NCBI GenBank assembly: GCA_013265495.1
Contig: MU058153.1
Coordinates: 186,001 to 250,000, forward strand
Source of the DNA: Vicugna vicugna
Lineage: Eukaryota
Direction: 5' to 3'
DNA length: 64,000 nt
This document shows positions 12,780-26,230 of the stretch, piece by piece. The notes below the pieces were generated by a model. It saw only the letters and a list, made by a program, of their open reading frames with translations. It searched no databases and had not been told where the DNA came from. Made by a program: the position numbers and the translations under genes. The first letter of the stretch is position 1, and each line of letters starts with the position of its first letter.

Positions 12780-14000
12780 AACACAACACAAACATGTTTA
12801 AACCCAACTTTTTTTCTGGATGAAATCCTCTACTGCTCATGTTTCTCTGTCCCAGAGAAAGAATCTCCCATCTACCCAATGTTCCAAGCTAGACAGCTGG
12901 GTTTCATCCTTTCCTCCCCGTCATCATCAGCACTGACACCTGGTTGTCTGTCTATATGTTTTAACCAGTTCTTCTTGATCCTATCTTTCTTAACCCATCG
13001 ACTTCTGTCCATTTCCAGTGTCATGGCTTTTTGCCGGTGACATTTCCCAGGGATTGCTGGCAACTGCCTCAAACTGCTCTCCACCCTCCCATTTTTGTCT
13101 CTCTCCGATTTATTCTTCATGCAGCAACCAGAGCACTTTTTCCCCCTAAAATTTGTCCATGTCATTCCTTTATTTAAGAGTTACCATTGACTCTAAGAAT
13201 CAAATCCTGACGCAGTAACTTGGTCTACAGCACTCAGTCCTCCTGCTTTATCTCTCATTGTTTGCATTCCTCTGAGCAACTTAATAGAATTCACCAGAAG
13301 TACAATCTCATTCACTTCCAAGCCTTTACTGCTATTCCTATTCTTTCTAGAACATGATTCTACTCTTCTTCAAAAGATTAGCACATATGTATCCTTCAGG
13401 ATCCAGTTTAGAATTTAATCTGGAAAATTTTTCTTGATTGATTCCCTAACCCCCATCCCCTGCACCTTGCCATGTGCGCACATGCACACACACACACGCA
13501 CCACTTGTCCCTCTGCCTTGCTTAGGTGCACCTCTGTATTTCCTTTACAAAACACTTGGCATTTGTATTAATTTCCTATTGCTATACAAGTATAGGCTTA
13601 AAACAACAAGAATTTATTATTCTGGAGTTCTGGAGGTCATGGATCTCACTGGGTGATCGGATTCTCATCATGAGGTCAGCTGATTAGTGATCGTCACTCC
13701 ATTCACATCTAAATTTCCTTTTGCCGTGTAAGGTAACACATTCACAGGTTCTAGGGATTAGGAAGTAGACTTCTGATGGTGGGAGGGCAGGCTATTTTTC
13801 CTATCACAAGCATTGTGTGTTTACTTGTCTATAAACACTCTCTTCTGCACCCTTGCCCCGGCATCACACAGACCATATAAGTGTAGATTTTGTGAAGAAA
13901 AGGATGATGTTTTTCCTCTTATCAGTGGTTTGGTGTCGAGCAAAATGCCTAGTATGTAGTAGGTCAACATATATCTTGAGAGAATTAACTAATGACTGAC
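12780..14000 (+). mobile_element. L2 LINE 3' region, interrupted by an MLT1 fragment
   Basis: catctacccaatgttccaagctag, ctgcctcaaactgctctcc, catgtcattcctttatttaa, and 3' end aatgcctagtatgtagtaggtcaac...aattaactaatgactgact. Confidence 0.7.
13564..13810 (-). mobile_element. MLT1-type LTR fragment (internally deleted)
   Basis: tgtattaatttcctattgct...ggcttaaaacaacaagaatttattattctggagttctggagg...aaggtaacacattcacaggttctagggattagg. Confidence 0.75.
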
Positions 14001-14479
14001 TCAGAGCATCTATGGACTACTTCAGTTCTGTACCAATCGTTTTGATGGAAGACATCACTTAACTTGTTCTAGAAAAGAAGGAAATATGTCTGAATCCCTA
14101 TAACTTCCTCTAGCAATACTGTGCCCCTAATTATTGTAGTATTAAAGTGTTCTGCCCTAGGGGAAGCAGGGCAAAGATCTCAGCAGTAAGATAACTGTCT
14201 CCACAGTATCTTCTCCAATGTGATGAAAAGGAATAGTTACAATTTGCCTTGAAATATATGATGTTGACGATTATGATGCGGCATTATGCTACGGATTTGA
14301 GAGGGACACAGTCCGACCAGGCCCTCTTGTCAGTGTCAGATCTGCATCTTATTTAAAATTTCTTTCTTATACCTATGAGTGAAAGCTTGAGATTCTTATG
14401 CAATGTCGTGAAATCAAATAAAACAGTGACAGCGACCTCTATTTCCTTTACAGCTGATTTCATCTGCTGTCCTATATTG

Positions 14480-14750
14480 CACTGATTCTCTACTTTGTCA
14501 CGATTAATATTTTGGACTAGATAATTTTCTGTGAGAAGGGACCTGTCCTGTGCACTGGAGGATATTTTTTCCATTTTTATTGAGAATGGGGGGATGTTCA
14601 GCAGCATCTTTGGTCTTTACCTACTAGATGCCAGTAAGATCTTTCTCAGCTGTGACAACTAAGAATTTCTCCAGATATTTATTATTAAATCATACTGGGG
14701 GTGGGGAGGGCATGGTGAGCGGTCAAATCACTACCAGTTGAGAGGTACTG
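14480..14750 (-). mobile_element. MER20-like hAT DNA transposon
   Basis: ttttggactagataatt...ctgtcctgtgcactggagg...atgttcagcagcatc...ctactagatgccagta...tgtgacaactaagaatttctccaga. Confidence 0.85.
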
Positions 14751-16084
14751 ATATAATGGGTTAGATAAAATTTAAGACAGTTACACTGTTTATCCTTTAA
14801 GGATTCTTGGATATTATATTTGGGACAAGAAGCTCTAATAATGCGTGTGAGTGTGCGTTTGTGTGAGGGGTCACATGATGTAAGGATGGCATAATCCCTG
14901 AGCCCCACGCACAAGGACACGTTGACGGACCATAACTAGCATCCAAACTGGGAAGATTCTGCCTCTTGTCCCTCTTTCTAAACTCTTCTCAAGGATAAGA
15001 ATTCTTTTATCTCCCACTTTCTTTGTTCAGTCGTAAATACCAGTATCTCCCCATGCATGAAGCTGTTAGGAAGCTTACACAGATGGAGGTCTCCTCTTCT
15101 TTTCCCTCTTTCTCCCTTTCAATGTGCCCATGAGGGCATCACGATAACCTTTCAAATGAACACACTTACGTGTGTCATGTAGAATAACGGCTGCTTTCAA
15201 AAGCTGACCCAGACGAACCGGTCCTGTCCAGGCTGTTTCCTTCTTCCCCAGGTGCCAAGCTCCCTGTGCTTTCAGGAGATACAGGTGACCGATTCTGAAC
15301 CACGTTATTTGTTTACACTGACCACCTAATGAGCAACAGAACTGCCCCGTAATTGGTTTTATTGGCTTTCCCTGAAAGCTGCATGGAGTATAACCACCAA
15401 AAAGTGTCTCTCTGCCTCCAGTGCAAATTGCTTTCAATTTTTTGGTTGCCTGATAAGCTGGGAAGAGAGAAATGTTTTAAGCACATAATCCTAGAGCCCA
15501 TCATTAGGAGTGATTTTATTTTCTTATCTCCTGGCATGTGTTTCCAAGCAGTTTGTGCCTTTAATCAATAATTTATGATTCCATACAGAAAAAAATCCAG
15601 ACTATTTTTTTATTTGTTGATTTGGAATGATTTCCCTTTTTTTTCAAGATAAGCTTGCTGGCTGGGTCTGTAATGTACATGATTTTGGGGGACTGTAAAG
15701 GAAATTTGACCTAATCTTACCCCTAATGTTTTTCTAATGTTCAACTTAGAGATGTATTTCTTTGGCAAAGATTTGGAAAATTAATCAAATTTGGATGAAA
15801 TGTGTTATCTTCACATAATAATATTTTTGAAGCATGATCTGTAGTAGATAGGAGTGAGAAAAGAACATAGATTGACTATTAGTAGGAATAGAGTAGAGAG
15901 AAACCAAGAAGAGAGTTCTGGAAAGTACCGAAGCTCACCATCGCCAACTTAGCAGTTTATCTCCAGTGAGTTCCAAGTACTACAGTACATTTCATTTGGC
16001 TAAATTAAGTGTGTATGTTTAAGCTCTTGTTAAACAGTCTCTCCTAGGGCAGGTCTTTTTTTTTTTTTTTTTTAAAGAAAAACA

Positions 16085-16447
16085 GACTGTTTGAAATAAT
16101 CTCAAATGATTACATTTCCCCTTCCTTTTATGAAACACAAGATTTTTCTCCAGTATTCATGGTGAGAACCCAGTCAAGCTCCTGGATGTAAAACTCATGA
16201 AGTGTAGTCATCTTCCTATGACTGAGCCCCTCTCGAGTTTTTAATTCCCAGACTTTTCCTCACCCAGCCTCGGGCAATTCATCAGTTACAGTTGAGATTG
16301 CCCTTCCCTGGCGCTGGTTCCCACGGAGGTTCTGCTCTTGGGTTTCTGCTTTGGGAAGTTGTAATTATCTGGGTTTTTCTCTCTGTCTCTCCAGTTTTGG
16401 AAACTGCAGTATGCCTTGTGATCTCATTTCTCTGAAGGATCTAAGAA
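16085..16447 (-). mobile_element. Old L1 (L1M-type) 5' end fragment, antisense
   Basis: gtaaaactcatgaagtg...gagtttttaattcccagact...caattcatcagttacag...ctggttcccacggagg...gatctaagaa resembles the recalled L1MC/L1MD 5' region. Confidence 0.55.
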
Positions 16448-18010
16448 CAATGTATGAAAAGAATTATACATCATGACCAAGTACTTTTTACCCCAAGTAA
16501 GCAAAGCTGTTTCAACATTTGAAAATCAATGAATGTAATTCATCACATCAATAGGCTACCTATTGATAGAAAAATCACACGATCCTATCAATAGACACTG
16601 AAAAAGCATTTGACAAAATCTAAAACCTATTCACAAGGAATAAAGGGGACTTTCCTCAACTTGATAAAGAATATCTACAAAAAATTCTATAGCTAACATC
16701 GTGCTTAATGGTGAGAAACTTGAAGCTTTCCCTCTAATACCAGGAACAAAGCAAACTTGCAGGATACAAGGTTAATATACAAAAGTCAGCTGATCTCTTA
16801 TAATATTAGCAATGAACAAGTGGAATTTGAAATTAAAAACAATGCCATTTATATTAACACCCAAATATGAAATACTTAGATACAAATTTATCAAACATGT
16901 ACAAGATGTATATGAGAAAAACTATAAAACTCTAATAAAAAAAAAAAAACAAGAGCTAAATAAATGGAGAGATATTCCACGCACACAGGTAGGAACACTC
17001 AATATTGTCAAGATGCCCGTTTTTCTCAACTTGATCTATAAATTCAACACAATCCTAACCAAAATTCCAGCAAATTATTTTAAAGATATTATTAAAATGA
17101 TTCTAAAGTTTATATGGAAAACAAAAGACCCAGAATAGCCAACATAATATTGAGGGAGAACAAAGTCAGTTGACTGACACTATCTGACTTTAAGACTTTT
17201 TACAAAGCTACAATAATGAAAACAGTGTAGTATTGGTGAAAGAAGAGGCAAACAGATCAATGTGATAGAATGAAGAGCCAGAAATAGACCCACATAAATG
17301 TAGTCAGCTGATCATTGTAAAGGAGGACTGGCAATAAAATGGAACATGATAATCTTTTCAACAAATGCTGCTGGAATAACCGTACATTCACAAGCAAAAA
17401 AATAAAACTTGACACAGACATTACATTCTTCACAGAAATTAGCTTAAGTCGAACTATATACCTAAACGTAAAATGCAAAACTATAAAATTCCTAGAAGAT
17501 AATGTAGAAAACTTGAAAGATCTTGGATATCATTATAACTCTTTAAGTATAACACCAAATAAATAAATGATCCACAAAAGACATAACTGATATATTAAAA
17601 AGAAAAACTTCTGTTTTGTACAAAATAGGAAAATTAAAAGATAAGCCACAGACTGAGAGAAAATATTTGCAAAAGTCACATTTAATAATGGACTGTTATC
17701 CAAAATATATAAATAACTTTTAAAACTCAATATGAAGAAAACCAACAGTCCAATTAAAACTGGGCAAAAGACCTGAATGTGTTTCTCACCAAAGAAGATA
17801 TACAGATGGAAAATAAGCATATTAATAGATGCTCAACCATCATGAATATGCCATTAGGGAACTGCAAGTCAAAACAACAAGAGACCACTACCTACCTAAC
17901 AATATTGCCAAAATCTAAAACACTGATGACAAATGCCAACAAGGATATGAAGCAACAGGAACTCTCATTCCTTGCTGGTGGGAATGCAAAATAGTAAAGC
18001 TGTTTTGGAA
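16448..18010 (+). mobile_element. Degenerate L1 ORF2 (RT to C-terminal region)
   Basis: gaaaaagcatttgacaaaat (EKAFDK), gcaggatacaaggttaatatacaaaagtc (AGYKVNIQKS); ORF 16812..17138 ELNKWRDIP...ILKFIWK; LFNKCCW. Confidence 0.93.
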
Positions 18011-20350
18011 GGATACAGATACCGAAACACTTAATAAAATTTTACCTAATAAAAACTGTAGTTTATTAAAACACGTGTGATCAAATCATATTTAACCTAG
18101 GATTTTTTTCCACTTACCAGAGAATTAATCCATGTAATTTCCCTAATTTATTAACCAAAGAAGGAAAAAATAAATCATGCGGTTTTTTTTTCAATAAAGT
18201 AAAAGCATCTGAGAAAAATTGATACTATGTTTATTTCCAATATCAAAAAAAAAGAAAAAACCTCTTTGTACTTTAGGAACTTCCTCAACCTGATTAAAAG
18301 TCATTTCCAAAATCCTGCAGCAAGTGTAATTCCTAATGGAAAACATTAGGCACTGTCTTTGCAATTGTAGATAAGTCAAGGTTGCTTAGGGACAGTATCT
18401 ACAAAAGTACAGGCTGTTGCCCTGCACAACTCCAAGGACACTATTTGTGGGGACTGTGAGCAGGGCAGAATCAACAAGACTGTGAAGTGGCACTATCACT
18501 GCTACTCTTTCATACACTACTGGTAGACCTGCCAATGATATGGACCAGAAAGAGATAAGATTTTCATTATTCTCAGAAGATAGAAGTATATTAGAAAAAA
18601 TCAAGGAATAAGACAGTTTAGACAGTTTTCTAGTCTAAGATCAACTTACAAAAGTAAACTGGAAAACATAGTAAAAAAATGCTATACTGTGCAAAAACCA
18701 ACACACAGTATCTAGGAATTAACAAAGAATTCATGATAGTATAGAGGAAAAATTAAAGCTCTGTTAAAAGAAAGATAAACTCAAAATAAGTGGTGAGACA
18801 TTCTGTGCCATAGGTAAAATTAGTCACTATTATAAAGATGTCAGTGCTCCCCCAGGTTAATTTTTAAAGTAAGTATAAATTCAATCAAAATCCAATTTTT
18901 GTGAGCCTGAAAATTTTATTTTTAAATTTACATGAAAAAAATAAGAGTTCACAAATGGCTAAGCCAGTTTTTGAAAGATTAAAAAAAGGGAAGAAAAAAG
19001 AGGTCATGCTACGAAGTCATGGTATAAAGAACTGAGTACGTTTCTAGTGCAAAAACTAGCAAAGATGTATGAAGTAGGATAGAGAACCCAGAAACAGCGC
19101 CACGTACATGTGGAAACACACTGTAAGATAAATATGGCTCTATAAATCAGTGAGGAAAAGTCAGACTATTTAATAGATAGTGTCTTGAAATGTGTTTCAA
19201 AATATGGGGGCAAAATCAAATTTGCTCTTCTTTTTAATACTATATACAAATGTATACTCCAGATAAATTGTAAACCAGAGTGTGAAATGTAAAATTACAA
19301 AAGTTAATTTAGAAAATGAGAAGCACGTGTTTATGATCTGTATGTGGGAAAAGGCTTTTTGTAATAATTGTACAAAAGAAAAGACCATGTAGCAAACATT
19401 TTAGTTATTTGATTTTGATACCAAAATTAGGGATTTTTGTTATGTTAAAGGAAATACAAACAAAGTTGAAAGACAACAAATTGGGAAAAAGTTGAATAAA
19501 ACTTAATTATTTATATCTAGAACATACTAAGAACTCACAAATCAAAAGAAAAATGCTGAAAACCCAAAGACAAAATAATAACAAAAATAGTAGTAGTGGC
19601 AGTAGTAGTAATAGTAGTAAATGTTTAAGTAGATCATTAGTATATGATAAATCATTCAGTAAGTGTTTACTGAGAATCCATATCCTGCCAAAAAATAGAC
19701 CCAGGGATACCTCATTAAACATAACAGTCAAAAATCCCTGCCTTTGTGGAAGGCATATGATTTCATATTTAATACAACCAAAATATAAATTTAAACAATT
19801 AAGTATCACTTTGCATGCATCAGATTAGGAGACATTAAAAAGCTGAGTGATGCCAAGTATGAAGTTACAGGAATCTTGAGTATTACTTCCTTGAGTCAAG
19901 ATTGGTGCAATCATTCTTTAAAGAAATCTTCCAAGCAATTCTTAGTCAAATGCTCTCTGAGTATGCCCTATGGCTAGATAGTGTCCTAGAGAATGGATCC
20001 ATAGGGTGTGTGTATAAGGATGCTCAACAGTGTTGTTTGGAAAAGGATGAAGTTGTAGACAGTCTCCATGTTATCACTGGGGTAGGATGATTAATATGCC
20101 ACAGATACACACTCTGTAAATGATGCATCAACTAAGATTAAATAAAAAGGTAGATGTATACATAGCACCATGAATCAATCTTAAACACACAGCAGTAAAG
20201 GAAAACATGTCCAGAACGTGGTCTATTGTACAACATTGTTTATTTATATAAAATAAAAATACATTTATAACGTAAGACTACATGTTACTTATAAAATTAG
20301 TGGATGTGTGCAAAAAAAAACAATAATTACAAGGGGGAAAGATGAGAGTG
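18011..20350 (+). mobile_element. Second, more decayed L1 ORF2 + 3' region (L1ME-like)
   Basis: Repeats the ORF2 landmarks in a more diverged form (aaagcatctgagaaaaatt, ttattctcagaagat ~ LFADD, taaatttacatgaaaa, gagaaacccagaaaca). Confidence 0.7.
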
Positions 20351-21159
20351 GGAAGGAAAAAATTTAAAAGGAAACTAAAAAGTGAATTAAAAGCATACCA
20401 ACCATTTGCTGTAACTGAGAGGTCAGGAGAAACACCTCACGCAGAGGGTGATGTTAGGATCAAACAAGTGGCTGTGAATGCTTTTGTCAATTGTCAAGTG
20501 CACTTCTGACACTGGCATTCATGCACATATGAAGATGGAGCAGTGTTGGCTCATCTTTACTGCGATAGGATGACTGAACTATTTCTAGGAGAATTCCGTA
20601 AAAGATGAGAATTTGTCTTGGTCCCCGGGTCTGGACAGGCCAGAGTGCAGGCTCTCGCACGAGGACTTTGATTTACATCCTCTTCGTGGTCTCTAGGACT
20701 GCTGTGTTCCAGGGCTCCACCCCACGTCAACTCCAGCCTTCCGATTTATGCCACGTAGCATCTGGGGAAGAAGTGTATGCATGATTCTGTGCAAAGAACA
20801 TCTGCCACTGGAAATGCAACTCACTGGAAATGCAGTGGCAGGTCGGTACTGGGCAAGGGAGACTGGAGACTAGAGAGTGCATTGTGAGTTACATGTCCCT
20901 TCAGGCACTGTCACTAAGCTGCTTATGGAGTTAATTAAAATGTCACTTATTAGGGATGGCAGTCAACAAAGGTCTTTAACTTCAAGTCTAAAAGTTAATT
21001 GAGAGAAAGTGAACTTACACGAGATATCTGAAAACATTAATTATGCTCTGTGCCAACAGGTGCACGCTAAGATACTATGCATTGATACCAACTAATGTAC
21101 ATATAGAGAATACAAAAGAATTTTAATTTACATATTTGGCAGAAAGAGTATCAGACAGA

Positions 21160-21365
21160 CAGTGGTTGAATTCTGACTTTGGATGGGCCAAGTGTTTACC
21201 CTAACTGTGCCTCAGTTTTCTCACGAGTAAAGTAAGTGCAATAAAACCTACCATCACTTGATTTTGTTTATTTGTTCTGGTGAGGATTGGAGAGCATTAT
21301 CTGAAATACCCAGCACAGTATCTGCCATTTGTGAAGAGCTCAGTAATGAGCATCTGCTATTATTA
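21160..21365 (+). mobile_element. MIR SINE
   Basis: ctgtgcctcagttttctcac...gtgaggatt...cccagcacagtatctg. Confidence 0.7.
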
Positions 21366-21739
21366 CATTAAAGGGGTTTGATATGTTGACTCTTTTATCC
21401 AGAGAGTCTGTCAAATTATCCCTGCATGTTTTATAGCCTCTACGTGTGATAGTGAGATGTTCTGATTTATCTGATGTTGAATCATTTAACAGAAGGTACG
21501 TCCTAGACTCATAAATTTTGAAGTTGTAAATGTTCCAAGGAGAAAAAAAAAGCTGTAGTTATTTCCACTTTGTACAGCAAGCAGCTGAGAGGCAGAGGGG
21601 TTTCAGAATTTCAAATCAGTAAATTACAGAGGGAAGTCTCCCACTCTGATACATTTGCCCCCTGGTGTTGTGCCCTTCTGTCATATTATTGTTATCATTT
21701 AGGGTTTTGTGTAGTTTGTCTATATGTTCAATAGAAGGC

Positions 21740-22260
21740 GCTGCAGGTGCATCAGAGTTAGGACAAAGGAGTTAGCATGCTAATAATCTCGATGAGTTAA
21801 AAAGAAGGTGAGCGTAGAGTATACAAACAATTCTAAAATAATGAAGACTTTGGTAAATGCCATAGGAGAGAGGTACCAGTAGAGTTGCACACAGATTCAA
21901 GTGTTTGTTGAAGACTTAGTGGAAGAGGAGCTATATCTAACAGCTTTAGAATGGGGGCCACTTAACTGTACTCATAGAAAATGAAAGGGAGAGAGAATTC
22001 TGGGTAGAGAAGTTATGAGCAAGGGCACAAAGGTTGAGAAGAATGAAATATTAGAGCACAATAAATAGTCCAGTGGCGCTTAAGAAGCATGTTCTAGGCA
22101 CTAATGAGTTCTTTATTAAGGAAATAAAAGAGGGAAGGAAGGAGGGAGCTAGGAAGGAAGGAGGAGAGAGTGGTGAGAATAAACGAGGGAAACTGAAAAA
22201 ATGGAAGGCAATGCCATGAGGGGTCTGAACTAATCAGGCTGAGGGTTTTGCAATGAATTC
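21740..22260 (-). mobile_element. L2 fragments
   Basis: Purine-rich antisense L2-like text (gaattctgggtagagaag...agcaagggcacaaagg). Confidence 0.45.
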
Positions 22261-23659
22261 CACAGTGAAATGAATTTAACTGATGCTATATTCTCTCAAG
22301 AATTTATGTTGGCTTCTTTCTAGCAAATTCAGTTCAGATTTGGTGCTCGCAGGTATACAGAGCTGTGGACTCATTCACATGAACATCTGATTCTTGCTGC
22401 TCCTTCCTTGGGATGATAATCTGAAAGCAAAAGCAGAAGCAGTGTGTGCAGAGGGTCAGATAAATCATAGGTCCAGTCAGAACCCAAGCAAAATAAACAG
22501 TGTTTCTGAAGCACAAGTCGTGACCAGAAAGAATGGATGAATTATTGCTCTGGCATTTCCTTTGTTATTTATGTTCAGAAATCAATCAACAACTGAAAGA
22601 ATGGAGTAATTTATAAGTCAGGTGCTGTCAAATACTTGTGGGTCTCAACTGGCATAACCTGTCCATGAATTCCTATGAAAATTGATGACAGTAGAAAATA
22701 ACCTTATTACCAGCCTGACATTCATAATCTGGTTCATATGATCCTAACATGATATAAAAACATGAATTAACAATACAATAGCTACTGAAAATGAAAGTGT
22801 CCATTGAATGTATAAAACCTTTTCTCTTTCCTCACCACACCTTATTTAATAAAAATAGATGTTGGTGATGGAGCATTTATTATGGAAACAAGTTAACCAA
22901 AAAGACCTGTCAATTTGATGGAGGAGGTTATTTGTTCAACAAAATATCCAAGCACACGAGGCAATCTGGAAATCCAATAGGGAAAGCAGAGACACCTCTG
23001 CTTCCCCATCTGCCTTCTTCACCAGAAATAAATGTCTGAAGAGCACTGATTAAAAGTATAGACACAGTTTTATGAACATATTTTGCTTCATCAGATTCAG
23101 AAGGACTAACGGGAGATTGGTCGTCTCATGAGAGCAGAACTTAAACAAGGGTCTTGTTAGAAATAGCCAAGCAATTTATCTCCTTTCCCCTTTCCTCCCC
23201 TCTCTCTCTTCTGCTCTCTCTTCATCTTCATTTCAGATGTGGTTTCCCAAACCCATTTTAGCCAATGGACCCTCATTCCTGCAGATAGTATTTCAGGGCC
23301 AGAGCTACATTAACCAAACTAATAGAACTCTGATGAATAATGTATGCTAAGGAATCAATTTAATAATGAAGAAATGTAACAGACAGGCAGGGCAGCTGTT
23401 TCATATTAGTGTACCTTCTTCCTGGAAGCTACATATTAAGAAACATCCTCACTGGAAGGTATTTTGGTAAAGAATAATTGGATACAGATGAGTTAATTAG
23501 GCAATATCAATGGCTCATGGCACCAAGATGATTACTGATGAAATTATTTTCATTTCTTAGCTGAACCTGAAATGGCCATACTCAGAAGATCCTCTGTCCT
23601 AAATAATGTCAAAATAATGTCAGATCAGACTTTTGGACTTTTTTTTCAGGATGAGAAGC

Positions 23660-23950
23660 TCATGTGTTTCAAGCCATGTCCAAATTTCAGTAGCTTAAAA
23701 CAACACAGGTTTATTTCTTATCCATGGCCCAAGTACACATGGAGTTGGACTTGTTTATTCTCTTCAGGGATCCAGGCTGACAAGAGCCTCCACCTTCAGG
23801 AACCTCACCAGCCACTGTGCCAGGGAAGAGAAAATAAAGTGAATTGTGCACTAGCTTTTAACTGCTTGACTCTGGGAAGTGAAACACAAAGTTTTCTCTC
23901 ATAGACCATTGGCTAAAGAAAGACAGATGGCCATGCCTGACTTCAAAGCA
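23660..23950 (-). mobile_element. Old MLT1-type LTR fragment
   Basis: aatttcagtagcttaaaacaacacaggtttatttct...ccattggctaaagaaagacagatggccatgcctgacttcaaag. Confidence 0.65.
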
Positions 23951-24529
23951 CAGAACATTCTGAACATATTCTACACCTTAAAAAATTGGAATATTGTACA
24001 TAACTCTAATGTCTCCGAAAATATATGAACAACTTCATACTCTTTGAGTTCAGCTTTTCTAGATATATTTCCCATCTGCATGTGAAGTTTTACCTGTTGC
24101 CTGTAACATGGTTTTATTTATACTTGCTGACGATACACATTCAAATTCTCTTATGTTTTGTCATTTTAACTAAAATGTGTTTGTTCTCTAAACCCAAAAA
24201 TGTGTTCATTGCTTGGTGGAGGTTACTTCTTCAGAAAACTGAGCTCAATCGTTATTTGTTGAGTTTTTTTTTCAAATTCTCATTATTTAAGGGTCATCAG
24301 TCTGAATGCTGCTATTGCTCCCATGTACAAACACCTAGAATTATCACCTAAACACCCAGGATCAGTAACCAGGTGGTCTGGGTGTCATTGTTCTGCAAAT
24401 CAATATCCACTGAGATTGTGGGATAACTATTTATTTATCAGTTGTGCCAAGTTCAGGTTAATTTCTCAGAAGGAAAAAAAAATTATTACCTAGCCATAGA
24501 TGATACCTCCAATTTAAGAGACATTACGA

Positions 24530-24770
24530 TGTGCTCAGTAAGGGCAGGGACTTCAGTGCCAGACAGCTCAGGATGGGAGTACAAGCTCTTTTCCTATCAG
24601 CTGGGCTGCTTACTATGTCAATTCATTTCCTTCATCTACAAAATGGGACAATAATACCCATTTTGAAGTTTAGTCATTACGTACATTACATTTGAAGTGT
24701 CCCAGCACCTCGGCTTAGTACTGTACTCGGCACAGTGCTTGGCACGTGGTAAGCGCTAAACCAACGTTTG
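24530..24770 (+). mobile_element. MIR SINE
   Basis: tttccttcatctacaaaatgggacaataatacc...cacagtgcttggcacgtggtaagcgct. Confidence 0.75.
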
Positions 24771-25429
24771 TAGGGAGAACAGAGATGTTATTCTGAACAG
24801 GAAGCCTGCGTTTACCCACTTTGCCACTAGATGGTGAGTGGAGGTAAAGCAAAATATTTGCTCAGGTTTGATTTTATTTTTTCCAGTGTTCAAAACCGGG
24901 AGGAAATTATCCACAAAGCAAAGCACAGGTGTTTATGGCTGTTTGCTGGTTTTTATAATAGGTGAGCAAATTAGGCAAATGAGCAGTATCAATAAGAAGG
25001 TTTCTACAGTATCTCACCTAAAAACGTGAGCCCTGATAGCTGGAGCAGAAGAGCTGTGTTATTTAATGTAATTGATCACAAATTACAAGGTTTGAGTCAC
25101 AGCTGGTGCTAATTGACAATCTCCGTTCTCCGTTTTTTTTTTTTTTTAAATTTTGCTTTGTTTATTTTGTGTAAATGAAACAAAAACAAATCAGAAACTC
25201 TTAAAATTGCTTTTCCTCTTTATCACCCCACAGTCACTCCTACCACAAATATTTGCTTCTTGGATGGGGAGTAGGTTTACATGTCTGAATTTTCTCAGGA
25301 ATTGGGGTTTTACCTGTACTTTTTTGCTTTGCTAAAACTTTTTATTTCATCCTCTTGGGTAATAAATTATAAAAGGAGACAATCTTTGAATTGCTTGCTT
25401 GTTTGTTTGTTTTTAATAAGGCCTGCAAT

Positions 25430-26230
25430 CTTTCTCTCCTTCCTCCCTCCCTCCCTGCATCCCTCCCTCTCTCACTCCCTTGTTTCCTCCCTCCCTTTCT
25501 TCCTCTTTTATTCCTTGATCAAATCTTTCCTGAATGTCTTCTATGCATCAGAAACTGTTCTAAGGACTGGGAATGCAGCACAAATATTCTACCCTCAAAG
25601 GAGTGGGAAGATAGATCATAAATTAAATACAGAAAATAAGAGGTGGCAGGTGGCAACTAGAATGTCTCTATTTTACATCTGTTGGTCCAAGAAATTGATG
25701 TCTTAAAAAGAGAGTTAAGTCATATAAGTGAAGCCATAGAACAAGCCCTGGGAGAGTCTGAGAAAGAGTATTCTAGGCACAGGCAAAAATAAGCATCATT
25801 ACTCTGAGCAGGAACTTGTTTGATAGGCAGGAGTCCAGTTTGACTGATTTTAGTGAGAGGAGGAATGGAGGTAAGACATCGACATCAGAGGAGTAACCAA
25901 GACCCAGGAGGCAAGTTGGGTAGGATTTCGTGGACCATGGCAAAAGTTTGGATTTTATTATGAATGTGAAGTAAAGTTGCCAGTGGGTTTTGAGTAGATG
26001 AGTGGCATAATCTGGCTTACTCTTTAAAAGAACCACATCAACTGCTGTATAGAAAAGAGACATTACAGAGAGCAAAAAGGAAAGCAGCGAGACCAATCAG
26101 GATATGACTTGTCTTATCCAGGCAGGGAAGGTTGATGGCATGGGGTGGAGTGATGTCTGTGGAGGGAGTAAGGTTGCACTGGGTCATGGGATCCACTTTG
26201 CTAGTCAAAGAAAGATACGCTATAGGACCT
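25430..26230 (-). mobile_element. L2 LINE fragment with CT-rich 3' tail
   Basis: ggaccatggcaaaagtttggattttattatgaatgtgaag...gtgggttttgagtag...ggcataatctggcttactctttaaaagaaccac is typical antisense L2. Confidence 0.8.

Noticed and set aside
25281..25706. 141-aa ORF
   Set aside because: Runs through a CCCT-rich tract and L2 tail
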